NCBI GenBank assembly: GCA_965153285.1
Contig: OZ229116.1
Direction: 5' to 3' (one strand)
DNA from: Podarcis tiliguerta
Lineage: Eukaryota
DNA: 64,000 nt
Under the pieces are notes generated by a model. The model had not been told where the DNA came from. It made no database searches and was given only the letters and a program-made list of their open reading frames with translations. The position numbers were made by a program, and so were the translations under genes. Shown here piece after piece: positions 12,127-22,996 of the stretch. Within the stretch, counting starts at the first letter, position 1; every line of letters begins with the position of its first letter.

Positions 12127-12253
12127 AAGCAATACAAATAAATACAATATCGTGATCTCACACCATTATACAGCAAAAATAATATAAAACCATAAATAAC
12201 TGTACATACCATATGTGATATTACAGGACAGTGGATCTTATGGCATAGTAGTA

Positions 12254-12619
12254 CAGTGGTGCCCCGCAAGACGAATGCCTTGCAAGACGGAAAACCCGCT
12301 AGACGAAAGGGTTTTCCATTTTTCAATGCGCTTCACAGGACGAATTTCTCTATGGGCTTGCTTCGCAAGACGAAAATGTCTTGCGATTCTTGCGATTTTT
12401 TTCCGCTCCCCACCCCCTTTTTCTAAGGCACTAAACTGCTAATAGCCTTTTAGCAGCTAATCCGCTAATCCCTTAAGCCTTTAATAGCCGCTAATAGCCG
12501 CTAAACCGCTAATAGTGCTAATCCACTAATCCGCTAATAGGGTTGCTTCGCAAGACGAAAAAACCGCTAGACGAAGAGACTCACGGAACGGATTCTTTTC
12601 GTCTTGCGAGGCACCACTG
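12254..12619. mobile_element. Tigger/pogo-like MITE family B
   Basis: TIR cagtggtgcc(c/t)cgcaagacgaa. TA TSD. Homologous to 32837, 56941 and 61692. Confidence 0.93.
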
Positions 12620-12626
12620 TAGTAGT

Positions 12627-12979
12627 GGTAAAGGTAAAGGTAAAATGACCCCTGACCATTATGTCCAGTCGTGGCTGACTCTGGGGTTGCGGTGCTCATC
12701 TTGCTTTATTGGCCGAGGGAGCCGGCGTACAGCTTCTGGGTCATGTGGCCAGTCTGACTGAGTCGCTTCTGGTGAACCAGAGCAGCACACGGAAGCACCG
12801 TTTACCGTTCCACCGGAGCGGTACCTATTTATCTACTTGCACTTTGACGTGCTTTCTAGGGTGGCAGGAGCAGGGACCGAGCAACGGGAGCACACCCCGT
12901 TGTGGGGATTCGAACCGCCGACCTTCTGATCGGCAAGTCCTAGGCTCTGTGGTTTAACCCACAGCGCCACCTGCGTCCC
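12627..12979 (-). mobile_element. Sauria SINE (Squam1)
   Basis: tRNA-derived head with A box TGGCGCTGTGG and B box GGTTCGAATCC. BovB-like 3' end with (ACCTTT)n tail. TSD ~agtagtagtagtg. Confidence 0.95.
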
Positions 12980-13749
12980 TTCCAGTAGTAGTAGTAGTGA
13001 TTTGATTTTCCGCAATATGATGGGTGAGGGAGGGAACTGAAGGGGCAGCAGGACAGCCATCATCTCTTGGGCCATTCATACGTCCAGCAGCTGCTGAGGA
13101 ATGGCAACACCTGCTCCTCTTGCATGTTTACCTGGCTGGTGGGCATGTCAGCAAGAGCATGATGCCCACGTGTGACATCATCTGCAGACACCAGAGCTTA
13201 CAGCTCTCCTGAAGAGAAGATTCAAAGGAGTCACAGCCAGAACACTGAATCCTACAGAGATCCAGCAGGCAGCTTCTCTGCCCTGTTTAGTGGGTATGTT
13301 GGGCCAACGCAGGATCTTTTAATTACATAAGTAATTATCTTCTCGTGGCCCCACTGGCAGTTCTCTCTTGACATACTGATGTGACTCAGCATGCCCTTGG
13401 GGAATTAATACTCCAGCACATGGCAGCTTGGGAGAGCTGTGATTTCACTTTGGGGTGGTTAATATAGAAAACAATTAACTGCTTTTGCTTTCCAGCGACA
13501 GTAAACTGAATTCCCCCTGACAGCCAGCAGAAATGCCGTAGGCAGAATCAAGTTGATTATTTAAGGTTTAAATGCTTTCTTTGCAACAGTTTAACGTTGC
13601 ATACATTCTGTTAGATCTAAGCTTATAAAGGCAGACTACTGCTGTTTACAAAAGCAATTCTTAAAAAAAACAAAAACCAACCCACAAGTTTCCCTGTGCC
13701 AAAGCATGTAAAGTGCTGAGTCGCTACTACAAAGAATAGAAACAATGGG

Positions 13750-13800
13750 CTCTTCTTCTTCTTCTTCTTCTTCTTCTTCGTCTTCGTCTTCGTCTTCTTC
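13750..13800. repeat. (TCT)n/(TCG) microsatellite
   Basis: Direct read. Explains the poly-Ser in ORF 13745-14158. Confidence 0.95.
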
Positions 13801-14399
13801 CCTGAAGCAATTTAATCTTTTAAGAATGGTTTTCTCCCACTCTCTTCTCCAAATTTGCTATGAATTGAAATTCTCCAGGTGTTCTGTGAGCAATATAAAT
13901 ATTGAGAGAAGTTATTTCCTACCTGTAGTGCCGATGAAATTCTTTATTTTTAAACCAAACATGCTTGCTTTTGAAGAACGAGGCAGCCACTCTCTACTTC
14001 TTCAACAGGATATCAACATGAGCAAGGGAATGAAAACAGAGGTCAAAGCCGTTTCCAGAAAAGGGGGTCCATTTCTCCTGAAACATAAACATTTAATGCT
14101 GAAGGATGTCAAGAAGCTAATAAGAGCTGGTGTGGTCCAGCCAATAGAGTATGTATGAGATTTGGGGTAATTTTTGCCATGGACATTTAAGAGTCATCCC
14201 CCCCCCCGGAACGAATGACCGCTCTTCAAAGTCTCTCTCCTCCCCCCCCCCCCCGGTCAGCAATTTGGATTGTAAATGCAAGAACTTCCAGTACCATTTT
14301 AAGCAACAGTTGTGCCTATGCCCTTGGGGGACTATGTTCAAATCCCTTTTTTGGTGGTGCAAACTGCATTGCATTCGTCAGAAAGTATTTTACAATTCA

Positions 14400-14925
14400 T
14401 ATATATATATTATTAAATTTTCTGTTTTACAATTTAAAATACTCATTTTACATCCTTAAGCTATCAATGCCTCCCCTTCTTCTCTTTCCATGGTACATTT
14501 TACAGATCATAAATCCCTGCATATTTTACAAAAACTGTATCATTCAGTATTCCATGATTGCATTCATCAAAACTTGTTTAGACTGTTGAATTTATCTTAA
14601 TGCTGCCAGCATTTTCAGCTGTATACAATTATTTCCCATATATTCAATAAACGTTTTCCAATCTTCTTCAAATGTATGCTCTTCTTGTTTTTTTTTTATT
14701 CTATGTGTTAAGTCTGCAAGCTGCGCATGTTCTGTCAACTTGACTTGCCATTCTTCTTTGGTTGGGACCTCGCTTGTTTTCCATTTTGGGGCTAACAAAA
14801 CAAAGGCCACAGTAGTAGCATACATAAAGAACCTTTTTTGACACCTGGGAATTTCAGTCTGAATTATCCCCAACAGAAAGCACTCTGGGGTTTTTGGGGA
14901 AAGTACTTTTAACCATTTTTTTTAT
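14400..14925 (-). mobile_element. L1-clade LINE ORF2 C-terminus and 3' UTR fragment
   Basis: Translation ..FMYATTVAFVLLAPKWKTSEVPTKEEWQVKL..FEEDWKTFIEY* resembles the non-mammalian L1 ORF2 end, followed by an AT-rich 3' UTR. Confidence 0.8.
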
Positions 14926-15067
14926 TCATTATGGATCATTGCTCAGTAGTATTTTACTCTTTTACAAGTCTACCGCATATGAAAGAACATTCCCTCCACC
15001 ACTTTGCATCTCCAATTCAAATAAATGCAAAGAAGCCCTGTGGTTTTTTTATTACTATAAACCTAGT

Positions 15068-15260
15068 TCATAAGAAGATAAGGAGAGTCCTGTTGGATCA
15101 GGCCAAAGGCCCTTTTGGTCCAGGATCCTGTACTTACAGTGGCCAACCAGATGCCTATGGAAATCCCACAAGCAGGACATGAGAGCCACAGCATTCTCTT
15201 CTCTTGTGCTCCTCAGAAACTGGTATTTAGATGCATGATGCCTCTGATTCTGGAGTGATT
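15068..15260 (-). mobile_element. CR1-type 3' UTR fragment
   Basis: cataagaagataag tail and ggatcaggccaaaggccc motif, shared with 63150-63420. Confidence 0.65.
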
Positions 15261-17861
15261 TAATCCAACCACCTACTCAAATCATCATGACTGAGAGTGT
15301 TTTTCAGCTTCCTCAAGGTGTGTGTGGGACCTCTATGTCTGCACTACGCATTTAAAACAAGATCAGACCACTTAGAGTCATGGCTTTACCTCAACAAATA
15401 CTAGGGACTGTAGTTAGATGAGGGTGCCGAGCCCTCAGAGGGCTACATTTCCCAGAATTCCCTGGGAAGAGGGATTGATTATTAAACCACTCTGGGAACT
15501 ACAACTCTGTGGAAAGAATAACGGGGGGGGGGGGGTCTGCTGATTTTGTGTGTCTTTTTAAACTCTTGATGTGAATTTGTTTATTTTTCACTCAGCCTGC
15601 TTCACTCACTCACGCCCAGTATCAGATTAAAGGCGGTGAGGGCTGTTCCCCTGCACTGGGTGCCAAGCCAAGGGGGCGCAAAATTGGGAAGATCCATAAT
15701 TGAGAAGATCCATTTGGGGGCACTAAATTTTGGTCTCACACAGAGCTCCATGTTATGAAAGACATATGTGTGCCCATGGTGGGCTGGCAAACCATGTGGT
15801 GCCCCAGGCCCTGAGACTACCGGTGTGTCCAGTAACAGCCATGGCAGAGGTATTGGCACCAGCTTCTGATTTGATCCTGGAATGTCCCTATTTCTCCTGC
15901 CAGTGCTGTCTCTGCCAAGTTTAGGGAGCAGGATAAGCCAGCGCTTGTCTTGAGGTGGGTTATTGTTAATATTGTTATGAGATGAGTTATTGTTAATATT
16001 TCCATTTTACAAAAGGCTGAAGGAGAGCAGCTTGCCTGAGGTAATCTATTCCTCTATTGTGGCCTCTGAAATATTTGAAAGGTGTTTTTTTTTTTTTCAT
16101 TTGAAGACTGTGGTACACAGACTGTACTGGGAAGAATTTGAGGCAGAGAGCAAATTCATTCTCCCCATGGTTACACTCATTTAGCTTCCTGACAGATTTA
16201 ACTGTCAAATTACATAAACTCCCCCCAAAGTCTGTTTAGTTAATTCCTTTTCCAGCAATTTACACTACACAACACATGTGTAGAGGCAGGAATTACACCT
16301 GGAGAATATATGAGAAAATGACTTCTTTTTTTAATAATTGGTCTGCTGAGAAATTTCTTGTGGATGTGTCAGCAGCAATACGAAATATGGCAACATCTGA
16401 TGAAATCCAACATAACGGTCCAATTGCAATCAATGCATTCTTGGGCAAACTGAATTAATTGACCGGGAGAGAATTGTATGATTGCCTCAACCCCCAAATG
16501 CTTCCTTAACGTTTCTTGACCTTGAACCGAAGGGAAAAGTTACGGCGAAGTTTTCAGTTTGTGTTTCTTCGAGGCGAGGGTTTCTGTAACCCAAACATGG
16601 TTTTGGAATGGAAAGCGAAAGAGCTTGCTGATAAATGTTTCAACACCATCCTTTATTAAAACAAGTTATTTCGGTTGTTTACTGTGTGGTTGGGCCATGA
16701 TGAAAAGCAGAGCTTCACCAATACATTTTTGGGCAAATTCTTTACCTTTCTGTTTACAAAAGAAAGTGAAGTACCTCCCCGTGGTCTTTGTCACACAGCA
16801 CTAGCAGCCAACAATGCTCACTGTCAACTGCTTAAGGTTTCACTTCCTAATTAACTTTTCCAGGGAGCATAAGAGCTGTCTAAAAACACAACGTTCTCAC
16901 ATTTAACCTCCTGCCATTCCATTCTATTCATCCGCAGTCACATGACAGAGAGCAGGGACTGGGGGGAAATACCAAAGCCCTGGACTAGGGTCTCTGCAAT
17001 CCAAAGAATAAAAGGTGTAATCTGAGAAGGCTTACTATATGACAAATTGGTCATCTCCTTCATTTAAAGGGCTTTTAAAAGGATGCCATCTTTGCGGTAA
17101 CTGTGCTAACAAAAAATCCACACCAAAGAAACAGAAATATATATGGATGCTGAAATTATGCTGAAAAGGAAACTTTTTTTTTTTTTTTTTTGCTAGATTA
17201 TTAACTCCTTAAAAGATACAGCAAGTTATGAAATGATCTCTCTGACTCCTCTTCATATACATTGCTGAGTCACTATCCTTACAGGCATGTAAGGTAGGGC
17301 AGTAGTAATATTCTCATGCAAATGGAAGGGTCAGTCAGAAAAGGCACCACGCACCATTTATATGTGTATCTCCTCATCCAGCTAGGTTTAAAATTCACCT
17401 ACAAAAGCTTGATCACCTCTGTGTCTTTCTCGGAGCTGTATAAAGGCTTGGGGATCTACAGATATTTTTAAGCGTGTGTTGAAGATTTGAGATCACTCCC
17501 ACTTGAAAAATAAATAATTTTTGAGGCAATCCAGGGCCCTCGACTGGGTGGACCATGGATCATGGTCACAAATGGAGTTGACTGGTGGGGCAATAGCAGT
17601 GCTAGAGAAAGAACCCAAGACTAACCTTGCTATCAGAGACTTCCACAATTTGAATGACAGCCCCCCGTGATCCTGGCAGGAAATGATGTTTCTGACCATG
17701 CTCAGACTGTCATTTTCTGCCCAAATCATGGGAGTTGCATGTCTTGAGATCCCATGGAGCCTGAGGCCTTTAAGTAGTTATTTCTGTTTCCTCCATCTTC
17801 CATGTGGTGTTTGAAGATGGCTATCATATCTCCTCTCAGTCTCCTCTTTCCTGGCCTGGGA

Positions 17862-18050
17862 GGGCAGGGCCTTGACTGACTCAGAAATAGAGTGTCTTGC
17901 ATGCAGAAGGTTCCAGGTTCAGTCCCTGGCATCTCCAGAAAGGGCAAAGAGAAACCCTCTGTCTGAAAACCTGAAGATTCACTGCTAGTCAGTGTAGACA
18001 ATATTGAGCTAGGTGAGCCAATGTATAAGGCTACTCTCTGTGTTCCTATG
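17862..18050 (+). mobile_element. Old tRNA-derived SINE with CR1-type (TTCCTATG) tail
   Basis: ttgcatgcagaaggttccaggttcagtccc B-box region and tgttcctatg tail. Relatives at 27931-28140, 33204-33362, 39247-39422 and 55363-55532. Confidence 0.7.
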
Positions 18051-18283
18051 ACTCCAACTAAAAACACTGTTCAGAGTGTTTAGAGATCATCATGGTGCAA
18101 TATGGTTGAAGGGCTTTTGCTGGGGCAAGATTTCATTTTGGAGAATTATTTTTTTCTCTGTTTATCTGGGTTAAGTTCTTGTATTTTTGTTGTTATTTTT
18201 ATTGTTACAAATTACTACTGGGTTGTTTCATTTTACTGCATATTTGCCAATATGAGAAGTTTACATCAGTTCATTGTATATAT

Positions 18284-19240
18284 CAGTGGTGATGATCCTT
18301 TTAGAGACCAGGTGCCCAAAATGCAACCCAAAACCCACTTATTTATCGCAAAGTGCCAACACGGCAATTTAATCTGAATTCTGAGGTTTTAGTTTAGAAA
18401 AAAACAACTCATACATATTTTGTCTTAAAAGAAAAACACAATAGCAGAGCTTTCATTGATACAACCATCTTTTTATTGAATGGCAAAAGTTTGCATTTGG
18501 CATGCTTTTGAACAGTTAATGTGAAGCCTCAACCTTGTAGCAGCAGGAGAAGGAAGGTAGCTGCTTGGAACTCTTGGTGGCCCACCAAGGCGGCAGTGCA
18601 CCTCTGAGCATGTGCAGAGCACTGTGCCCTCCCCACCCACAGCAGAGGCTCCTCAAGGGAAAACGTGCGCCCTGGGGGTTGTGGCTCCATTTTGCACCCC
18701 TGACACGCCATCTGAGGCTCTTCTACTCGGACACAAGTCCAAGGATCCATGCCTAGCCTCTGAAAACAACGTGAGCACCTACTTGGGGGTAGCATCATGT
18801 ATCCGAATGGGACCAGTGCCCCTTCTGGCCCTTCCCTTTGCGCCTCCCTGGCCACGAGGGCGCCTTCTCAGTCTTGGCATCCCACATGGAGCAGCTGAAC
18901 AAAAGGAGCCCTAAAGGTGCTGCAGCAGACAGGCCAGTTTGGAAATTTCAGCTCTTTACTGTCCTACTCGTGCAGCCAAAGAACTCGGACCAAAGAATAG
19001 CTGCAACCCCCATTTTGGAGAGAGTTGGCGCCTTGGCGGGCATCACATCCCGCTCCTGCCATGCAGTTTCATGCACCGATCCACCGTGCACATGGCGCTC
19101 TGGCTGCCCAAGTTGAGCTGAGGATTTGATGCACCACCCTTGCCTTCTGCCAGCTCCATGCTGGGGTGATGGCACACATGCCCACAGAGAGGACTCTGAG
19201 TGCCCCCTTTGGCACACGTGCCATAGCTTCACCACCACTG
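18284..19240. mobile_element. 957-bp non-autonomous hAT (Charlie-group) element inserted in an L2-like tail
   Basis: TIR cagtggtgatgatcct / agcttcaccaccactg. Perfect 8-bp TSD gtatatat (18276-18283, 19241-19248). Confidence 0.9.
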
Positions 19241-22200
19241 GTATATATGGCTATTTACATTTTGTTGTTTGGTGACTGTTAAATGAATGATGTAAAATAT
19301 TTTGATGCTGTGAACCGCCTTGAGCATGGTTTACTTTGGGAAGGCGATGTACAAACAGATAACAGTGGTGGTGACAGATGTTTATTTAAAGTGGATGTTC
19401 CAATGCTATGGCGACCTGGAAATAAATTGTAAAGTAAAGCCATGTTTGCTGCCAGCACTAACAAAGACATGAGAAAAATAAAATTAAAAAAGGAATCAGA
19501 AATGAATGCTAAATAGTTGTGCGACTTACAGAACCATGTTTGGATTAGTCGGTAACTTCTTGCAAATATAATACCTGCTGCTTTTGTAAACCACTCTGGG
19601 GTTTCTTTTTACAATCGTGCATAGAATACACATTTTATGAGATGAAATGAATAAACACCCCAGCCTTTATTTCCCAGAGTGGTAAAGATGGTCATGGTTT
19701 TTGCCATTAAAAATCCTTAGAAGAGAAGGTAAAAAGTTCAGAACTGGGCATGTCTCCAACGTAGCACACACAGCTGAAAAGAAATTGACACTCCAGGGTG
19801 TTGAATGATGTCCGCTGACTTCTTCCTGCCACCCAGGTCAAACAGAACACCCAGACAGGAATTCCAGCAGGGCTTATCACAATCAGATCTGCTCCAGCTT
19901 AGGAGAGAGAATGTCCACCTTTGCAAGGCAGGGCTCTGCCAGTAGCCAGGATTAGCGCAGAAAGCCATTTGCTGGGAAAGGCAGTTCATTAGTGTTTACT
20001 AACAATCATCCATGATCCCTTTCAACCAGGGAAATGAGGGACAAAAGTGAAATTAGGTCACTCGGATAACAAGAGGGTCTTGCTATTGAAGTTAAATCAC
20101 ATTCTGGAGGGATTTTCTTCCTGTTATTGCTCGAAAAGAGTCGCTCAAGCCTGGTGACATCTAGCTGGCTGCTCCCAACATCAGCACTGGTTTAAAGAAG
20201 AGGCAATGACATTAAGAACTGGCAACCGTTAATCTTCCTGGAGGTTTTCTGGTCCCCTTGCCAGGTCATCTGTAACTGACAGTGACGGTAAAAGAATAAA
20301 TTATGAACAACCCACCATGCATTACATTGCAGGACACAACTGTGTTCTAAGGAAACAGGGGAGAGGAGGGGAAAGAACCCTGTAGGAAACAGGATGAAGG
20401 CATTATTATCTCTGCACAATGTCTTCTTCTGCACTTTGGACAGCTGAAGAGATGAAGCCAAATAACCTGCCCTCAGACGAAGCAGCCTGCTGCAACTCTT
20501 CACGAGTCCCTGCCCTGAGCTTTCTGTTATGGCTTGAAGAGTCTTGTTGGTGTAATGCTGCACTGATTTTTTTATTTTTATTTATTTAAAAGAAGATAGA
20601 ATGCAAAGTTGTGCTCTTTTAACTTGGCGAAATGTGAAAGCAGTTAACTTAGGCTGGGCCGTACAGACCCTATGTATCTCCACTGTGTAAGCATGGTAAA
20701 ATCGTAAGCTCTACTTATTTCCATGGATGAGTTCAGCACAAGCGAGGGATGTCAGAGAATTCTGGTGGGAATGGGAGCAGAAATTCCTGGTGCTCACTTA
20801 TCTGTTCCATGTCTGGACCAGAAATCAGTCCCAAAAAATACAATTGGTATTTGTTATTGTTTTCAGATGGTAAACAGTACAATTAATGAGTCCCCACCCC
20901 CACATGTGAATTATGTTTCCTTGGCATTGAAATGAATGGTGTGGAATAACAGCTGTAATTACATAATTAATTATGTAAAATTCCATCACCATGAATGATG
21001 CCGTTTTTGCCAGAAGCCAGACTGCTGTGGAACGGAAACAGGGCTGCAGGTGACAAATATGGGTTGGAATGGAAATTAATGCCTTCTTACATCCTGAGCA
21101 CATGATAAACTCTTTCCCTGAGTTTAAAGGCTGCCATCCTACACCCATTTATGTGGGAGTGGACTCCATTGACCTCAATGGAACTTACTTCTAAATTGAT
21201 GTGTAGGAGCTTTTAAGTTCCATTGATTAAAAACCAGTGGAGCAGCTTAGCATGTCTTCGTGTCCAAAGGCATCCTTTGCTGTTTGAAAATTTTGCTTAA
21301 ATACACTTCATGTGCTTTGCCAGCTCTGCTTCCATCACAGCAAAGCAATTACCAGTGCTGCATGAAAGCAGCAAGGAACCAGTCCTCTGCACCACCACCA
21401 TCCCAGCTTTTGCCAGTTTATTCCTTGTTCTTTTTGAGATCCTCGTACTGTGAAGTCAGACATGGCAATCTCATTATGCGTCCTAATTTGTGTTCCGTGT
21501 TTGGTGATGCAGAAGTGGCCGTCCTATTGATTGCTTTCATCTACCAAGTGGCCAAAACAAATGGAGGCAAGGGGACTGTTATTGCAACTGATGAGGATGG
21601 CAGCCCAAAAGAAGACCCAACTCTTACAAGGAAACCCCAAGTCTCGCTGCCACCCAGGAAGAGGGGGCCGGTGCAATGACTGCTCCTTCTCCTTAAAGGC
21701 AGTAGGTCAAGGGCCCATGTTGAGCCTGCCTTGGGCAGTGGGACCTTGGAAGCTTCTCAAGGATGCCAACTGCTGGACTTGACAGTTATTGCCCAGAAGA
21801 TTAGTCTAATTACTTGTCCTCTAAAAATTCATTGGTTTTCATTCTTCTCCAGAGAGAATGGAAATTGTAGTCCCCTCCATGCATTTATTTCCAGGAAGCC
21901 TCAAAGACCACATTGCAACAAGCCATTCCGAAGAAGTGTCTGTGGCTTTTGCTAACTCTTGATTATTCCACCATTCTTTTTTGGGATGTAAACTGGAGAA
22001 TTTGTGAGGAAGCCAGGCAATTGGAAGCATTAAGGGGATGGCATTGTGGACAGCTCTAATTATGCCTTTGCTCCCACAAATTGAATTCCATGCCAAAAAA
22101 AGAAAGCCAGTGCTTTTGCATATTTACTGAGATGGTGGTCTCCAGCACAAACCTAGCATTAGCCAATTTCAGAGTCTAGTAATTACTGTGTTTTTAAGAT

Positions 22201-22959
22201 TAGTATTGAATGAAATAAAATTAAGTATGATCCCTCAATATTAATTGTTCAGTAGTGCAATTTGGCATCCTTTAGGAACAGAAAAGCCAAAAAAGAATCA
22301 ATAGTTTTTAAAAATGCAATACAGTAATTAAGCTTCTGCATTTCAGCAAATATTTCCCATTTTGAAAGATGGAACTATTTCTGCATCCTTTTCTTTTTAA
22401 ACTACATTCATGGCGCCTTGTAAAGAGATGACGCATTCCTGATGCATTGATCTCCATCCTTTTGCAACTTGAATAACTGGTTTCTTTCAGGTACCTAACA
22501 TTGGAATGCTCACATCGAGAGCAGAGCTGCTAAGATGCTTCAGCGGATGCAGAACGCAGCTCTGATCTGCTAAACAAAATAGGACTATAAAAACACATGT
22601 GGTCTGCAACAAAATGTTGCAATGTGGACTGTTCCTGTTCAGGCTTCCACTTACAGGATGATCCTTTCCATTATAGCCAGCACACCTGCAGCCTGCTGGT
22701 ACCTCCTTCTTGGGCACAGATGACGCTGTTTTGGCTGCATGCGAATCCATACATGATTCCACACAGGAACGACCACTTGGAGGAGTGCAGAAAGAAGGAA
22801 TGCCACGGTGCACCTGCATCAACACAACTTAACACCTTCATCAGCCCCTAGCTGCAAAGGAACATGCCTCTCTACAGCCACAGCAGGAGCTGTAACTCTG
22901 CTATGGTTTGACTTCACCCCCAAAGGCGCACTCTTCCATTGTCTCCTGACGGATGCCAA

Positions 22960-22996
22960 TCAACCAACCAACCAACCAACCAACCAACCAACCAAC
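22960..22996. repeat. (AACC)n microsatellite
   Basis: Direct read. Confidence 0.95.

Larger units (their letters stand above)
11753..12999 (-). mobile_element. Hammerhead-containing non-coding retroelement (Penelope pLTR-like or retrozyme-like, ~510 bp net) with nested MITE and SINE
   Basis: 11-bp direct repeat atttgattttc at 11742-11752 and 13000-13010. Strand-asymmetric body 11753-12253 contains a hammerhead motif. (agt)n end. Confidence 0.7.

Noticed and set aside
12440-12540. GCTAAT-based tandem array that superficially resembles a CRISPR or telomeric array
   Set aside because: There are no unique spacers. It is the internal variable region of MITE family B.
13745-14158. 137-aa ORF with poly-Ser
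   Set aside because: The poly-Ser comes from a (TCT)n microsatellite and the rest has no recognisable domain.
16395-16410. Other CTGATGA occurrences (also ~21589, 36105, 45321 and minus-strand ~4655, 9093, 22838, 29740)
   Set aside because: None is followed by a stem II plus GAAA plus stem III, so they are not hammerheads.
21260-21679. 139-aa ORF
   Set aside because: Non-ATG start, no recognisable homology and no convincing splice boundaries.
22487-22860. Plus-strand splice acceptor (tttctttcag|) suggesting an exon; similar acceptors near 26744, 39978 and 42513
   Set aside because: No strong matching donors and no recognisable peptide. A lncRNA cannot be excluded without RNA-seq.
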